Positions 16,602-26,235 of a stretch of DNA of 64,000 bases are shown piece by piece. The notes under the pieces were generated by a model. It had not been told where the DNA came from. It worked only from the letters and a program-made list of their open reading frames with translations, and made no database searches. The stretch is taken from NCBI GenBank assembly GCA_964360785.1, contig CAYHXX010000002.1, positions 92,107-156,106 on the forward strand, written 5' to 3'. A program made the translations under genes and the position numbers. This stretch comes from an uncultured Gammaproteobacteria bacterium (lineage in GTDB: Bacteria; Patescibacteriota; Microgenomatia; Woykebacterales; RBG-16-39-9b). Every line of letters begins with the position of its first letter. Position 1 is the first letter of the stretch.

Positions 16602-19466
16602 CTACCTTGCCTTTATTTCAATGGGTGGCAGTATTCCTCCATTAACTTCGACTTCTATAATATCAAAATCAAAGCCCGGTTTTTCAAGTTCCAGTGTATA
16701 AACACCGTTTGGTAGCGGTGTCGACACTGCAAACTGTCCAATCTTATTAGTTTTAAAGGCCCTGACCGGATCACCTTCTTGATCTTTAACTATAATGACT
16801 ACTGTGTCCATGAGCAAACCTTGGATGTTTTTAACTATTCCGTTGATGACATTAGGTACTGTCGGGGTGTTTGGTAGCATTTTTCCGTATGCGGGTACAG
16901 CCTTGACTACTGGACGAGAACGTTCCTCAAGTTTGCGAGCCTCCCTTTGGCGTTCGAGACCCTTTATTTCGGCGATTATTTTTGCCTTTTCCTCTGGGGA
17001 GCGCTCTTTCTTTTCCTGTACTTTCAGAGCCTCGACCTGAGTGTTTGTTGGGTTGCTACCTGTTTTAGGAGGTTGCCCGGACTTTACGGCTGCAGGTTTT
17101 TCGCCCATTTTCGCGAGCATAGTTTGCAATTCAGAATTTATTCTTCGCCGCTGTGCTACTGCTTTAATTTCGTCAAATTGTCTAGAAACTTCACTTTGAC
17201 GCCCAAGTGCCTCCAGGTTTTGCAGCATCTGAGATCTTTCCTCTTTTGAAAGAGCTTCCAAGGATTTGTTACCCGCTGTTGTGAGGCTATTTTTAAGTTT
17301 AATCAAATCCTCTTTCAAGGACTCTTGTGTTATAGCCTCGGTTTTTTCTGGGGCTTGGTTTTTACTTTGTGCTAGTTCCTTTTGCTTTTCCTCTTCAGTC
17401 CTCTTTTTTTGTTGCAGCTCTTCTTTGGCAGTGCGAATTGCCTCTTTCGCAGCCTCCTCTTTCGCAGCAGTCTCAAGTATTTGCTTTTCAATGTCGCCTT
17501 GAAGGGACATTGTCGCTCCAGTTGCAATTGTTGGTAGGTTCCCGGTTGGGTTACCGGTTGTTTGTACTGGAATTGCTTGAATATTTATTTGTGCTGTTGG
17601 GTTACCAGGTAGTACTCTGGGTTGCCCAACAGAAATATTAGCTGGAACTTCAATTGTTGCAGCGCTGTCGTTGGCGGGTGCGGAGGTTGCTACTGCTTTA
17701 ATATTGGCCTGACCAGGAGCACTACTTTGTTGCAATGAATCCACGGAAACGTTTGTTGGGATGGATGTCGTACCAGACTGTGCTGCTGTTAGTTGGTTTA
17801 CTGTTTGTGGAGCCTGCTTCTTCAAAGCTTCCGAGACTATTTTTTCGATTTCCTGAGTTGAAGTCGACGACTGTCCCATTTGTTTTTCAACAGCAGCATT
17901 AATTAGGGTTTGTACTCGGTCGTTATCCAGGTTTTGTACTTCTTTTACCGTCTCTCTTTCAATGACCTTTGGTTGCAGTTCCTGCGTCTTCTCCAAGATT
18001 GCTTTCTCAACTGCTGCTTGTACTTGCTCCGGCTGAGCCTCTTCCTTGCGTACAATTTCCTTAATTTCCGGAGGTTGGGTGACTGTGGATTGAATTACTG
18101 CCGCGTTTGAACCTACCGTGTCTGCGGGCAAATTGATCTTAATTCCTGCTGGTTCCTGAGCCTTAATTAAGTTTATCGGACTGGAAATTTGACGAGTCGG
18201 AAGAGCATCTATATTGCCAGTATCAACCCCAACTATCTTTATTGTCTCAGGTTGCTTTTCTATAACAGGTCTTGGTTTTTCCAGACCCTCAAGTTTAAAG
18301 CTGATTTCCCTAGGTTTACGATGCATTCGCTCATGTTTCTCACGATGGCCTTCGATATTTTCAACTTTGTCTGTGAGCCAGTCAGTTTTTTGCTTGAGAT
18401 ATTTCAAAGCAATAGAGTGGCTGTTGACCAAGTTGGTCAAAGTATATTTCCAATCTGAGACTGCTTGCATCATCTTTTCGTCATAGGCTAGCTTTTGTTC
18501 CAGGGCGGAAAGCTCTTCAAAACTACGCTCCTTTTCCAAATTGGAAATAGTTGTGTCGATATGAAGCACTTCCTTGGTCAGAGTTTCAATTTCCCTCTCC
18601 AGATTTTCAATATGGGACTGAAGATTAGCAGTCGGCTCTGAAATTTCCTTCGGTTTGCTAGTTCCCACAACTAGCCTCTTTGGGAGCTCAGGTTTATGAG
18701 GCTGGACAAGAGTTTGCTGAGGCTGGTTTATTTGCGAGACTCCAGCAGGTCTTGTAGCCACAGTCTGTGGGGTTTGAATGTTTACTGGCGGTTGAGAAAT
18801 TGGTTTTTGCAATGTTGGTGCAGCCGTGTTTTGGTTAGAGACCCTTGGAGTTTTAAATACCATTGTCTTAGCCTCATTTGAGGCTTTAGTATTAGGCTGA
18901 GTTTGCTGGTTAGCGATTTCAAGCGAGATTTTTTGCCTAAGTTGCTCAAAAAGGACCTTATTGATGCCTTCCAATTGCTTTTTCAAGTCTTCACTCCTGG
19001 CTTTGGCCTGCTCGGTTGTTAAGGTTGGGGCTGGTGCTGTCTTTGGTTGGGAGGGTTCCGGTGCTCTTTGGATGGAAGATTGAGCTGGTGGTGCCACTAG
19101 AGTCTGTTTTTGATAAACAGTTCCTTGATTCACCTTGGCTTTGATCTGTTCATGTAGGTTCGAAGCGAGCTCTATCAGGCCCGCACCTTTGATAGAAACC
19201 TGGCCATCCTTGTTAACAACGGTTGGGGATACGGATCTCTGGCTGGTATTCTTCACCGCGCGTACATAGGTGTCGCCGCTGGCAACGCTGATTGTTGCTA
19301 CAGGGGCAAAACCAACCTCGCCGGCAAGTTTTGGCTGGCTTGTTTTAGGAGTACTGACGCTGCGAGGGTTTTCTCCAGGCAGAAAACGATGCTGCACAAC
19401 TGGTTCAGGAGTAGGTGTATTTATCTTATTTCTTAATGTCGCGTTCACGGCTACTTGGGAATTCAT
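16602..19466 (-). CDS. large low-complexity/coiled-coil protein with C-terminal carboxypeptidase-regulatory-like beta domain
   Basis: 954 aa; C-terminus PNVINGIVK...PVRAFKTNKIGQF...TPLPNGVY. Confidence 0.8.
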   Translation of the reverse strand: MNSQVAVNATLRNKINTPTPEPVVQHRFLPGENPRSVSTPKTSQPKLAGEVGFAPVATISVASGDTYVRAVKNTSQRSVSPTVVNKDGQVSIKGAGLIELASNLHEQIKAKVNQGTVYQKQTLVAPPAQSSIQRAPEPSQPKTAPAPTLTTEQAKARSEDLKKQLEGINKVLFEQLRQKISLEIANQQTQPNTKASNEAKTMVFKTPRVSNQNTAAPTLQKPISQPPVNIQTPQTVATRPAGVSQINQPQQTLVQPHKPELPKRLVVGTSKPKEISEPTANLQSHIENLEREIETLTKEVLHIDTTISNLEKERSFEELSALEQKLAYDEKMMQAVSDWKYTLTNLVNSHSIALKYLKQKTDWLTDKVENIEGHREKHERMHRKPREISFKLEGLEKPRPVIEKQPETIKIVGVDTGNIDALPTRQISSPINLIKAQEPAGIKINLPADTVGSNAAVIQSTVTQPPEIKEIVRKEEAQPEQVQAAVEKAILEKTQELQPKVIERETVKEVQNLDNDRVQTLINAAVEKQMGQSSTSTQEIEKIVSEALKKQAPQTVNQLTAAQSGTTSIPTNVSVDSLQQSSAPGQANIKAVATSAPANDSAATIEVPANISVGQPRVLPGNPTAQINIQAIPVQTTGNPTGNLPTIATGATMSLQGDIEKQILETAAKEEAAKEAIRTAKEELQQKKRTEEEKQKELAQSKNQAPEKTEAITQESLKEDLIKLKNSLTTAGNKSLEALSKEERSQMLQNLEALGRQSEVSRQFDEIKAVAQRRRINSELQTMLAKMGEKPAAVKSGQPPKTGSNPTNTQVEALKVQEKKERSPEEKAKIIAEIKGLERQREARKLEERSRPVVKAVPAYGKMLPNTPTVPNVINGIVKNIQGLLMDTVVIIVKDQEGDPVRAFKTNKIGQFAVSTPLPNGVYTLELEKPGFDFDIIEVEVNGGILPPIEIKAR

Positions 19467-20086
19467 TGCGAACCCTCCTCGGAGGAGCGCTCTTTAGTTT
19501 TTTCGATAACCTCGCTCATACGTTGAAAGCCAATTCCACTATCTGGAGTCAGAGTGGCCACTTTTGGAGAAAGGCTTGGGCTGGTAAATACTTGCCTATC
19601 CTTTTCGAAAGGTGACAAGTTTAGTTGCTCTAACCGACGTTCTTCGTTGATATCAACTAAGCTTTTTGATTTAATCTTGCGATGGCTTTGGAGATAGAGG
19701 TTTAGTTTTGTTGGGTCGGAGACTATCCTTGGTTCGACAGCTTCCGATTGTCTGTGCAGGTACATCGAAAATTGTGGCTCCAAAAAACCGATTTCTTTAG
19801 GTTCGCGGTGCCAAACCCGCACGTTCGGGGAGTAAACTGTATGAAAAAAAGCCGCGATCCAGCGTTCAAAAGGCATATTATTGAGACTAACAAAGGCCAA
19901 AGCCACTGCAAACGCAGCCACGGGGATTCCAACCAAGAGAACGACGAAAAAAGGAAGTTTGGCCGAGTAGATAATGAAGATAAAGATGGCCGCCGCAGCT
20001 AGATAGCCAAATTGGCGGATAGTTAGGAAACCAATGAGCTTGAATTCAAACCCAGTGATATTTTGTGGAACAGGGTGGCTTTGCAT
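19463..20086 (-). CDS. PrgI family (VirB3-like) protein
   Basis: HPVPQNITGFEFKLIGFLTIRQF plus two TM helices. Confidence 0.88.
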   Translation of the reverse strand: MQSHPVPQNITGFEFKLIGFLTIRQFGYLAAAAIFIFIIYSAKLPFFVVLLVGIPVAAFAVALAFVSLNNMPFERWIAAFFHTVYSPNVRVWHREPKEIGFLEPQFSMYLHRQSEAVEPRIVSDPTKLNLYLQSHRKIKSKSLVDINEERRLEQLNLSPFEKDRQVFTSPSLSPKVATLTPDSGIGFQRMSEVIEKTKERSSEEGSQ

Positions 20087-20243
20087 ATGTTACTTGGAAA
20101 ACAGACAAAACACGCACGAAGTGCGCTTTTAGCTAAAAATTAGGTCAATTTTCCTTTTGTCCCTCTTTGACTCTCTTTTGTGGCTATTATTATGCCTAAA
20201 TAAACTTGCAATTACAACCCGTAACAAACCGTATCAGTTAGCC

Positions 20244-20264
20244 GTAATCAGTAATCAGTAATCA
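20244..20264 (+). repeat. (GTAATCA)x3 heptamer tandem repeat
   Basis: Seen directly. Confidence 0.8.
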
Positions 20265-20302
20265 GGTAGTAGTAACCTGTAGAGGAGTGTTAAAATAATG
20301 TT

Positions 20303-20467
20303 GTGATAAAGTATACAAAACATGCTTTGACTAGGTTGGAGGAACGTAACATTGCAAAGGAGAATGTAGAAGAATTACTAGACAAACCTGATTATATATT
20401 GAAATCAAAGCTAAAGACAAATTATACGAAGACGTGTAATCGACTACAATTATATGTGGACATATAA
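20303..20467 (+). pseudogene. truncated DUF4258-like toxin
   Basis: MIKYTKHALTRLEERNIAKENVEELLDKPD; only 54 aa, with the 3' end formed by a palindromic array. Confidence 0.65.
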
Positions 20468-20484
20468 CTGACTACAATTATGAA
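20421..20484. repeat. tandem palindrome array ATTATAYG-NNGA-CRTRTAA, copy 1
   Basis: Two 28-bp units; 20421-20440 identical to 26131-26150. Confidence 0.8.
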
Positions 20485-20692
20485 ACTAGAATACGATAAA
20501 AAAGCAGATTCGGCCTATATATACTTAGGTAAAAGTAAGTTTACGGTTGAAGAAACAAAAGAACTTTCAGATGAAGTTTTTGTTGATTATGACAAGGATG
20601 GCAAACCTTTAGGTATAGAAATTATTGGTTTTAAGGATAAAGTCCCCTCGAAAACGCTAAAGCGCTTACAATCACAAACTATCACCAGTTAA
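20480..20692 (+). CDS. DUF2283-like antitoxin
   Basis: YDKKADSAYIYL...VDYDKDGKPLGIEI. Confidence 0.88.
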   Translation: MKLEYDKKADSAYIYLGKSKFTVEETKELSDEVFVDYDKDGKPLGIEIIGFKDKVPSKTLKRLQSQTITS

Positions 20693-20719
20693 GAATTACC
20701 CAACTAAAATATTATAGGA

Positions 20720-20748
20720 TTGACATTAGCTTCATTTTGTGCTAAACT
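20720..20748 (+). promoter_or_regulatory. sigma70 promoter of the 943-aa orphan gene
   Basis: TTGACA-17 bp-TAAACT with extended TG. Confidence 0.75.
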
Positions 20749-20775
20749 GCAGCAAATTAATATACAGGAGTATTT

Positions 20776-20905
20776 GTGAACGTATTTAAACTAATCAAGA
20801 AGAAGACCTCAGAAGGACCGCCAAGGTAATTGGCGGTGCCCAAGCGTAAGCTTGAGCAAAGGGCTTCTGAGGACCAAGGTTGGTCAACAGAAGCCCTTTT
20901 CTTAT
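20776..20905 (+). promoter_or_regulatory. putative attenuator: 17-codon uORF plus alternative terminator/antiterminator
   Basis: uORF 20776-20829 with AGGAG SD; CCTCAGAAG/CTTCTGAGG competes with the 12-bp stem AAAGGGCTTCTG/CAGAAGCCCTTT. Confidence 0.55.
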
Positions 20906-21175
20906 GCCCAAAAGTTGCACCTTAAAAACCAAATAGCAAGCAAAGAAAGAGAGAAACTCCTTGATCTCTCATCAGGGGACACTCCGCAGAAATTAGAAAT
21001 TGCTGAAGGGTGCCCCTTGATGAGAATGCATTTTGCACTCATCGAAGGGTTAACCACGTAACCATCTTCTTTTAAGCGCGCCTTAGGGTGCAGCTTGGGA
21101 GGGTGTTTGGGTAACCAATTCGGTAGTGCATAGGCACTTAGCTTTTGATGGCTAGGACCATCAAGGAGGATCAGA

Positions 21176-24007
21176 ATGGCGACGGACGACGAGAACCCGG
21201 GCGATGAGCCTGAGTATGATGAGGAAGTGCAAGTCAGGCTTTCCAGCGGTTCTGGAGTAATAGCGGAGGCAATCGCCCTAACTGCCAGAAAAGGGGAAAT
21301 TCCCCAAACCGGGCCTCTCACCGACGCAGAGTACAACAACCTCATGGTTCGTCAGTACGAGACGAGCCTTGATGGTCTGCTGCGAACTCTCGTAACCAAT
21401 ACCCGGGTCAACATGCAAGCAATAGACCAGATCGCCCGCACCCTCGGTGCGCTGCGACGCTGGGTCCCGGTTTGGTTTTGGGAGGAAAAAGAAGACAATG
21501 GGCAGTGGAAGACCAACAACCCCTGGAAGCGGGACGAAGCCGGCAAGCCAGCAATCCTATGCAAGGAAGTTAATGGTAAGTCGGTTCCCGACCTCAAGAA
21601 CGGTAAGATCCAGTACGTTCCAAACGATAGCCCAGAGGTAGTCTGGGTACCAGACGTCTCATGGAAATGGGTCTCAGGCCTGGGAATTGAGGCCCTTCGC
21701 AACCTCGGTGATCTGGACCGTAAGCTCGAGTCAGGTGAGATTCGCCACATTCGTAAGTGGTTTCTTTCACCGACGCACAACGAACGCAATGTCATCGGCC
21801 CGCGGGAAGCTTTTGCCAAAGTGCCTAAGCGGGTAGTGCGCCGCTACATTCGCTCACTCCAAAAGCTGCAGAAAATGTTGGAGCAGCGTGGTACGGACTA
21901 CCTCATCGATGACTTCTACACCGGCCGTCGCCCTGAAAAATGGGCTCCAAGCGACCAGTGGCCAGACCTCGAGACTCCTAGGATCAGCCTGAGGAAGCTC
22001 AATATCTACGAGCTCAGCAAGTACGCTGAGTATCGGATCGGTCTGTGTTTCTTTTCCGCCGAACGGCGGTGGAAGTATCTCATGCGTGAGAGGAAGATTG
22101 CCATTGCCTCTCACAAAGCCGTAGACAAGAACGGCAAACGCAAACCCATCACCGACAGGCAGCTCGAAAACGCCATTGAGAAGGCCTACGCGTGGTGGAC
22201 ACCATACGTTCAGCACGAGTTCGTACGACGTTATCTCCCGGACAAGATCAGGGTCAAGAAGCAACCAGATAGTGGGAAGATCCTCGACCTCAGTTTCCGG
22301 TTCGACGGCGTCGACCATCTGCAGACAATCACACCGGCTGAGAGAGCGGACGCTTTCTTCGACGTGGTGAACCAGATATCGTGGATCATTCGTTACCCGA
22401 CAGCTTCGGGAACCAACGAAGTCGATTGGAGCGACTTCCTCGTTTACTTTCCGATCAACGAGGAGATTCGTGACCTGGCTCGTATGGTTGGGCACTTCCA
22501 ACAGTCACGTTCTCGGCAGTGGCGCGCCGACAAGTTCAACTTCTCAGAGAACGAGGCCAACACTGCTGTGGGGGCAGACCACGGTGGTTGTGCCAGTGCC
22601 CGCAGGTGGGAAGACGACATTACCTTTGAAGTCGTTTACTACTTCTGCGAGGCAATGCGACCCGGACTGAAGCCTGAAGACGAGGCTAAAATCCGCTCGC
22701 AGATCGACGACATCACTCTCGAGATCATTCTGTCACAGCATCCGGAGGCATTTCATTCCCGGATGAGCATCAAGGACTGGCGCCAACTTCGGCGTGATCT
22801 AATCGGACCAGTCCATTCCCGTAAGCCCAGAGGCCGCATGCCGGCGAACACGGCTTTCTACGGAGAATTCGACCTTCGGGTCGTTGACATCACCAAAGGA
22901 GCCGGGGAAAATCGCTCCGCGATCTCAGTAGCTCGCGAGGGTGGGGGTTTGAAGTGGAATAGGGACCTCATCCTCAAGGATCTACCGAAGCTAAGACGCT
23001 ACACAGGGGGAGAAATCGCCTTGCTGGCGTCGGAGACTTACTTCTGGCTGTGCCCCTGGGACATCACCAAAAACAACGGGGGTCTCAAGTCAGAGGGGAT
23101 GATCAATGCGTTTGTCAACCGTCTGGGTATCTTCACCCGGGAAGACGGCGAACCGCTGATCGAGATCGTTGACCTTATGGAGTACTGGCAGGAGTACTAC
23201 CGCGACGGGAATATCAGGGCCAAGATGGAGGTCGCCACGATGAAAACCGTGGGTGCCGATACCCCGGTCCACAAACCGGTGAAGATCGACTGGTTCAACC
23301 AGACCGAGATTCGCCGGCAAATCATCTGGAAACAACCTGCCAAAAACATCATCCCGCACCTGCTGGACTACTTTGAAGACCAGAAGCGGGAGCGGGTGGT
23401 GCACATTCGGCCGAATCTCCGCAAGGAGTGGCTCAACGGTCTACCACACACTCTGTGGGAGGATCCTGAGTTCAAGACAGCGGTTGAGCAGCTGAACTAT
23501 CGCTCGGATGAACGCCTGATGGACTGGGCGGGATTCAAGAACCACGGCATTGGGGAATTCTCTGCCCGCGCGGTTCCCCAGAGTTTTGCCGATAGGTTCC
23601 TCGAGGATGGTTTCGCTACCGATAATGGTCTGCCGGACGAAATCGCTATCGAGTGGGCGACTAATCTCGCGATCCTAGGCTGGCTGAGCAGTCAGTTTGA
23701 CAAGGCCATGTATATGGCTCGCGAAATCGTCTACAACCACGAGAAAAACGTGAACGGGTTTGAGCAGGTAGAGATAGTCGGCAAGGCTATGGGTAGTGGT
23801 TTGCACCCGAGGATCGCTTACGCGACAGAGGAGGCAATCACCCATAACCGTATGATCCAATGGCAGCACTTCATAGAGGTTGATGTGCCAGAGGCATTAA
23901 CGGTTCTCGACACCATCTTCAATGAAGTAGAGGCCCACCTGCTAGGAAGGGAGTCATTAGAGGTTTCAAAGCGAGGCGGTGTTTTCGTAGCAATGCGCGC
24001 CGCCTAG
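21176..24007 (+). CDS. large GC-rich hypothetical protein (943 aa)
   Basis: Long ORF, AAGGAGG SD; no motif recognised. Confidence 0.85.
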   Translation: MATDDENPGDEPEYDEEVQVRLSSGSGVIAEAIALTARKGEIPQTGPLTDAEYNNLMVRQYETSLDGLLRTLVTNTRVNMQAIDQIARTLGALRRWVPVWFWEEKEDNGQWKTNNPWKRDEAGKPAILCKEVNGKSVPDLKNGKIQYVPNDSPEVVWVPDVSWKWVSGLGIEALRNLGDLDRKLESGEIRHIRKWFLSPTHNERNVIGPREAFAKVPKRVVRRYIRSLQKLQKMLEQRGTDYLIDDFYTGRRPEKWAPSDQWPDLETPRISLRKLNIYELSKYAEYRIGLCFFSAERRWKYLMRERKIAIASHKAVDKNGKRKPITDRQLENAIEKAYAWWTPYVQHEFVRRYLPDKIRVKKQPDSGKILDLSFRFDGVDHLQTITPAERADAFFDVVNQISWIIRYPTASGTNEVDWSDFLVYFPINEEIRDLARMVGHFQQSRSRQWRADKFNFSENEANTAVGADHGGCASARRWEDDITFEVVYYFCEAMRPGLKPEDEAKIRSQIDDITLEIILSQHPEAFHSRMSIKDWRQLRRDLIGPVHSRKPRGRMPANTAFYGEFDLRVVDITKGAGENRSAISVAREGGGLKWNRDLILKDLPKLRRYTGGEIALLASETYFWLCPWDITKNNGGLKSEGMINAFVNRLGIFTREDGEPLIEIVDLMEYWQEYYRDGNIRAKMEVATMKTVGADTPVHKPVKIDWFNQTEIRRQIIWKQPAKNIIPHLLDYFEDQKRERVVHIRPNLRKEWLNGLPHTLWEDPEFKTAVEQLNYRSDERLMDWAGFKNHGIGEFSARAVPQSFADRFLEDGFATDNGLPDEIAIEWATNLAILGWLSSQFDKAMYMAREIVYNHEKNVNGFEQVEIVGKAMGSGLHPRIAYATEEAITHNRMIQWQHFIEVDVPEALTVLDTIFNEVEAHLLGRESLEVSKRGGVFVAMRAA

Positions 24008-24014
24008 CACCCAG

Positions 24015-24055
24015 ACCGCCCGGTAGTTTCCGAAAGGAGCACCGGGCGGTTTTTC
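24015..24055 (+). terminator. rho-independent terminator
   Basis: ACCGCCCGGT...ACCGGGCGGT followed by T-tract. Confidence 0.85.
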
Positions 24056-24075
24056 ATATCTAAAGTACTTCATTC

Positions 24076-26052
24076 CTAAGGTTTACCTCGTCCCGGAGGT
24101 TTAACTGCTTTTTCCAAATCATCCACAGAGAGATGTGGGTTTTGTTTGCCCAGCTCACGCATTTGTTTAATCTGGTCAGTTGAGAAGTGTGTGAACTTAA
24201 CTCCCCGTGAACCAGCCCAATTTTGTAATTCCTCTACTTCTTCGCGACCTACCTCTCTCCGTACACTTGGATCCTCGGCACCAGGACTTGTCTGCACAAT
24301 ACCCCGAGCTATTTTTGCCCGTAAACCTGGATTTTCAGTCGCGCCCTCATGAATTTCTCCAACCTTTATACCAACTGGTTTACCATCCGGCCCCATGTGC
24401 GTAAACTGTTGAACATTTGTCGGTGCAGGTCTGGGTCCCCAACCGGCATTTCTCAAGCCAGTCAGACCCTGACCAACCGTTCCGCGCAAAGCGGTGACAC
24501 CACTCAGAGACCTACCTAAATTACCAGCAGCTTTTAGTCCGGCCATCGGTACAGCTACCGGAGCAGCGAGGACGCCGGCTCCGAGACCACCTTTGACATC
24601 AAAGCTATCAAGCTTGAACATTTTTTCCAGGAATACCGGGACTTTGGTGGCAAAGAAGATCATTCCCATGCCAATAAAGTAAGCAATATTTAGGATATCT
24701 CCTTGGAGGGGGTCTGGTGCTGAGATAGCCCCTTGCAGTTCTCCCCCGACTGGCCGCGTTTGGGCAATCAAACCCATTGCAAGATAAATCAAGAAAAGAA
24801 TTATTGGGAAGGCAATTGTATTGACAAACATGCGTTTGAACCAATTGATAGTAACTGACTCAAAACCAGGAATCGCGCCAAGCAAAAACATCAACGGTGC
24901 AAAGACAGTGTAAAGTACCATGTAAGCGAAGTTTTTGATCAAGATCCAGAAAAGATAAATACCGACAATCAAGAGCATCAGTCGTATGAAAATCTCAAAA
25001 ATAAGTGCAATGAAAAGTATAGAAAATGTCCCTCCTGGGAAGATTCCACCAATGGGAGAGCACAAGATAGATTGCCAATTGAAGGCTGTTCCTAGTGAGA
25101 AAGCTGTAAATAGTGGGAACCATACAAATTCTCCTCCAAAAGCTGAGGACCAGGTTGAAAGCGTTCCACCAAAGAAGTTACGAACCAGGGAGACAGAGAT
25201 ATTTATAAAATCGACAAATAAGCCGGAAATAGCAAAACTGAAGACAATCAGAACCAAAGCGATAGCAAAACGAGGCAGCGAGTTGGTTGCGGTTACCACG
25301 GTTTTTGGGTCAAGCCGACGGCGCAGCATCACCATAAAGCCAATAATGATCAGAGCAATAACCATGAAGACAATTGCGAGTTGTTCCATCTTGCTCCACA
25401 CTTTGCGGATACCTTCCCCAAGATGCTGGGTACCCTGACCCTGAGCGTTGGCATCTCTGATACCCAGGACGTTGCTCTTGAACTCATCCACTAGGTAAGT
25501 GCTGGAGTAACTATTAGAGGCAGAAGTGAAAAACCCATTAAGTCCAAAATCTAGAGCCACAAAAGCACTGAAGTCTGGCTGACCAGCGTTTGTCGTTGAT
25601 AGCGGTGCGGTGTCTGAGGCATCACTGATGAGGTTGTTAAAAACACCGTTACAGAAACTAGCCCAGAGGTCCATCCGAATACCCAGAACCTCGCCAACAA
25701 GCTTTAGGGCCTGGATGACAAATTTTTTGAGAAATTCGCCGAGATGGCTGGTAATATATTTAAAAATTTTCTCAGGTAGGTTGGTTATCGCTCCAACGAC
25801 TCCGCTAAGATCAATCCCACCAAATGGGTTGGGGATATCAACTTGTTGAACCCGACCAGTTTCTGTCCGACCACCAGGAACGGGAACTGTTTGTTGGTCT
25901 GTGGGAACAGTTTGCGTGTACTGGATGTTTGTGGGTAGTGTTTGGGCTTTTGTAGCTGGGGCCAAAATTGTGAAGGAAGAACAGAGAAGTACTAGCGAGA
26001 GGACTAGATTTCTAACGAAGTAGTATTTTTTGCGGCTTTGCAAAAACTTCAT
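24076..26052 (-). CDS. VirB6/TrbL-like polytopic membrane protein
   Basis: Signal peptide, about 8 TM helices, IIIGFMVMLRRRLDPKTVVT...SLPRFAIALVLIVFSFAISG; T4SS context. Confidence 0.72.
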   Translation of the reverse strand: MKFLQSRKKYYFVRNLVLSLVLLCSSFTILAPATKAQTLPTNIQYTQTVPTDQQTVPVPGGRTETGRVQQVDIPNPFGGIDLSGVVGAITNLPEKIFKYITSHLGEFLKKFVIQALKLVGEVLGIRMDLWASFCNGVFNNLISDASDTAPLSTTNAGQPDFSAFVALDFGLNGFFTSASNSYSSTYLVDEFKSNVLGIRDANAQGQGTQHLGEGIRKVWSKMEQLAIVFMVIALIIIGFMVMLRRRLDPKTVVTATNSLPRFAIALVLIVFSFAISGLFVDFINISVSLVRNFFGGTLSTWSSAFGGEFVWFPLFTAFSLGTAFNWQSILCSPIGGIFPGGTFSILFIALIFEIFIRLMLLIVGIYLFWILIKNFAYMVLYTVFAPLMFLLGAIPGFESVTINWFKRMFVNTIAFPIILFLIYLAMGLIAQTRPVGGELQGAISAPDPLQGDILNIAYFIGMGMIFFATKVPVFLEKMFKLDSFDVKGGLGAGVLAAPVAVPMAGLKAAGNLGRSLSGVTALRGTVGQGLTGLRNAGWGPRPAPTNVQQFTHMGPDGKPVGIKVGEIHEGATENPGLRAKIARGIVQTSPGAEDPSVRREVGREEVEELQNWAGSRGVKFTHFSTDQIKQMRELGKQNPHLSVDDLEKAVKPPGRGKP

Positions 26053-26068
26053 GGCAGGGTATAGGTAT

Positions 26069-26162
26069 ATTATACGCGGACGTATGCAGAAGTATACTGA
26101 CTACATAATACGTTGACGTATATTGATTACATTATACGAAGACGTGTAATGAATACATTATA
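26069..26162. repeat. tandem palindrome array, copy 2, in a divergent promoter region
   Basis: Three units with loops CGGA, TTGA and AAGA. Confidence 0.8.
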
Positions 26163-26235
26163 GTTAGCCTGTATTTCAAAAAGCAAGGCCACGCTTGTCT
26201 TTGAAGACTTAAAAAGTTTAGAATTGAGCTAAACT

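Noticed and set aside
21352-23869. Several long antisense ORFs inside the 943-aa gene
   Set aside because: Expected shadows of a GC-rich coding strand; no supporting SD or motifs.
26127-26141. 14-nt match to loxP (TACATTATACGAAG)
   Set aside because: Only part of the site; the other arm is absent and the palindrome array explains it.
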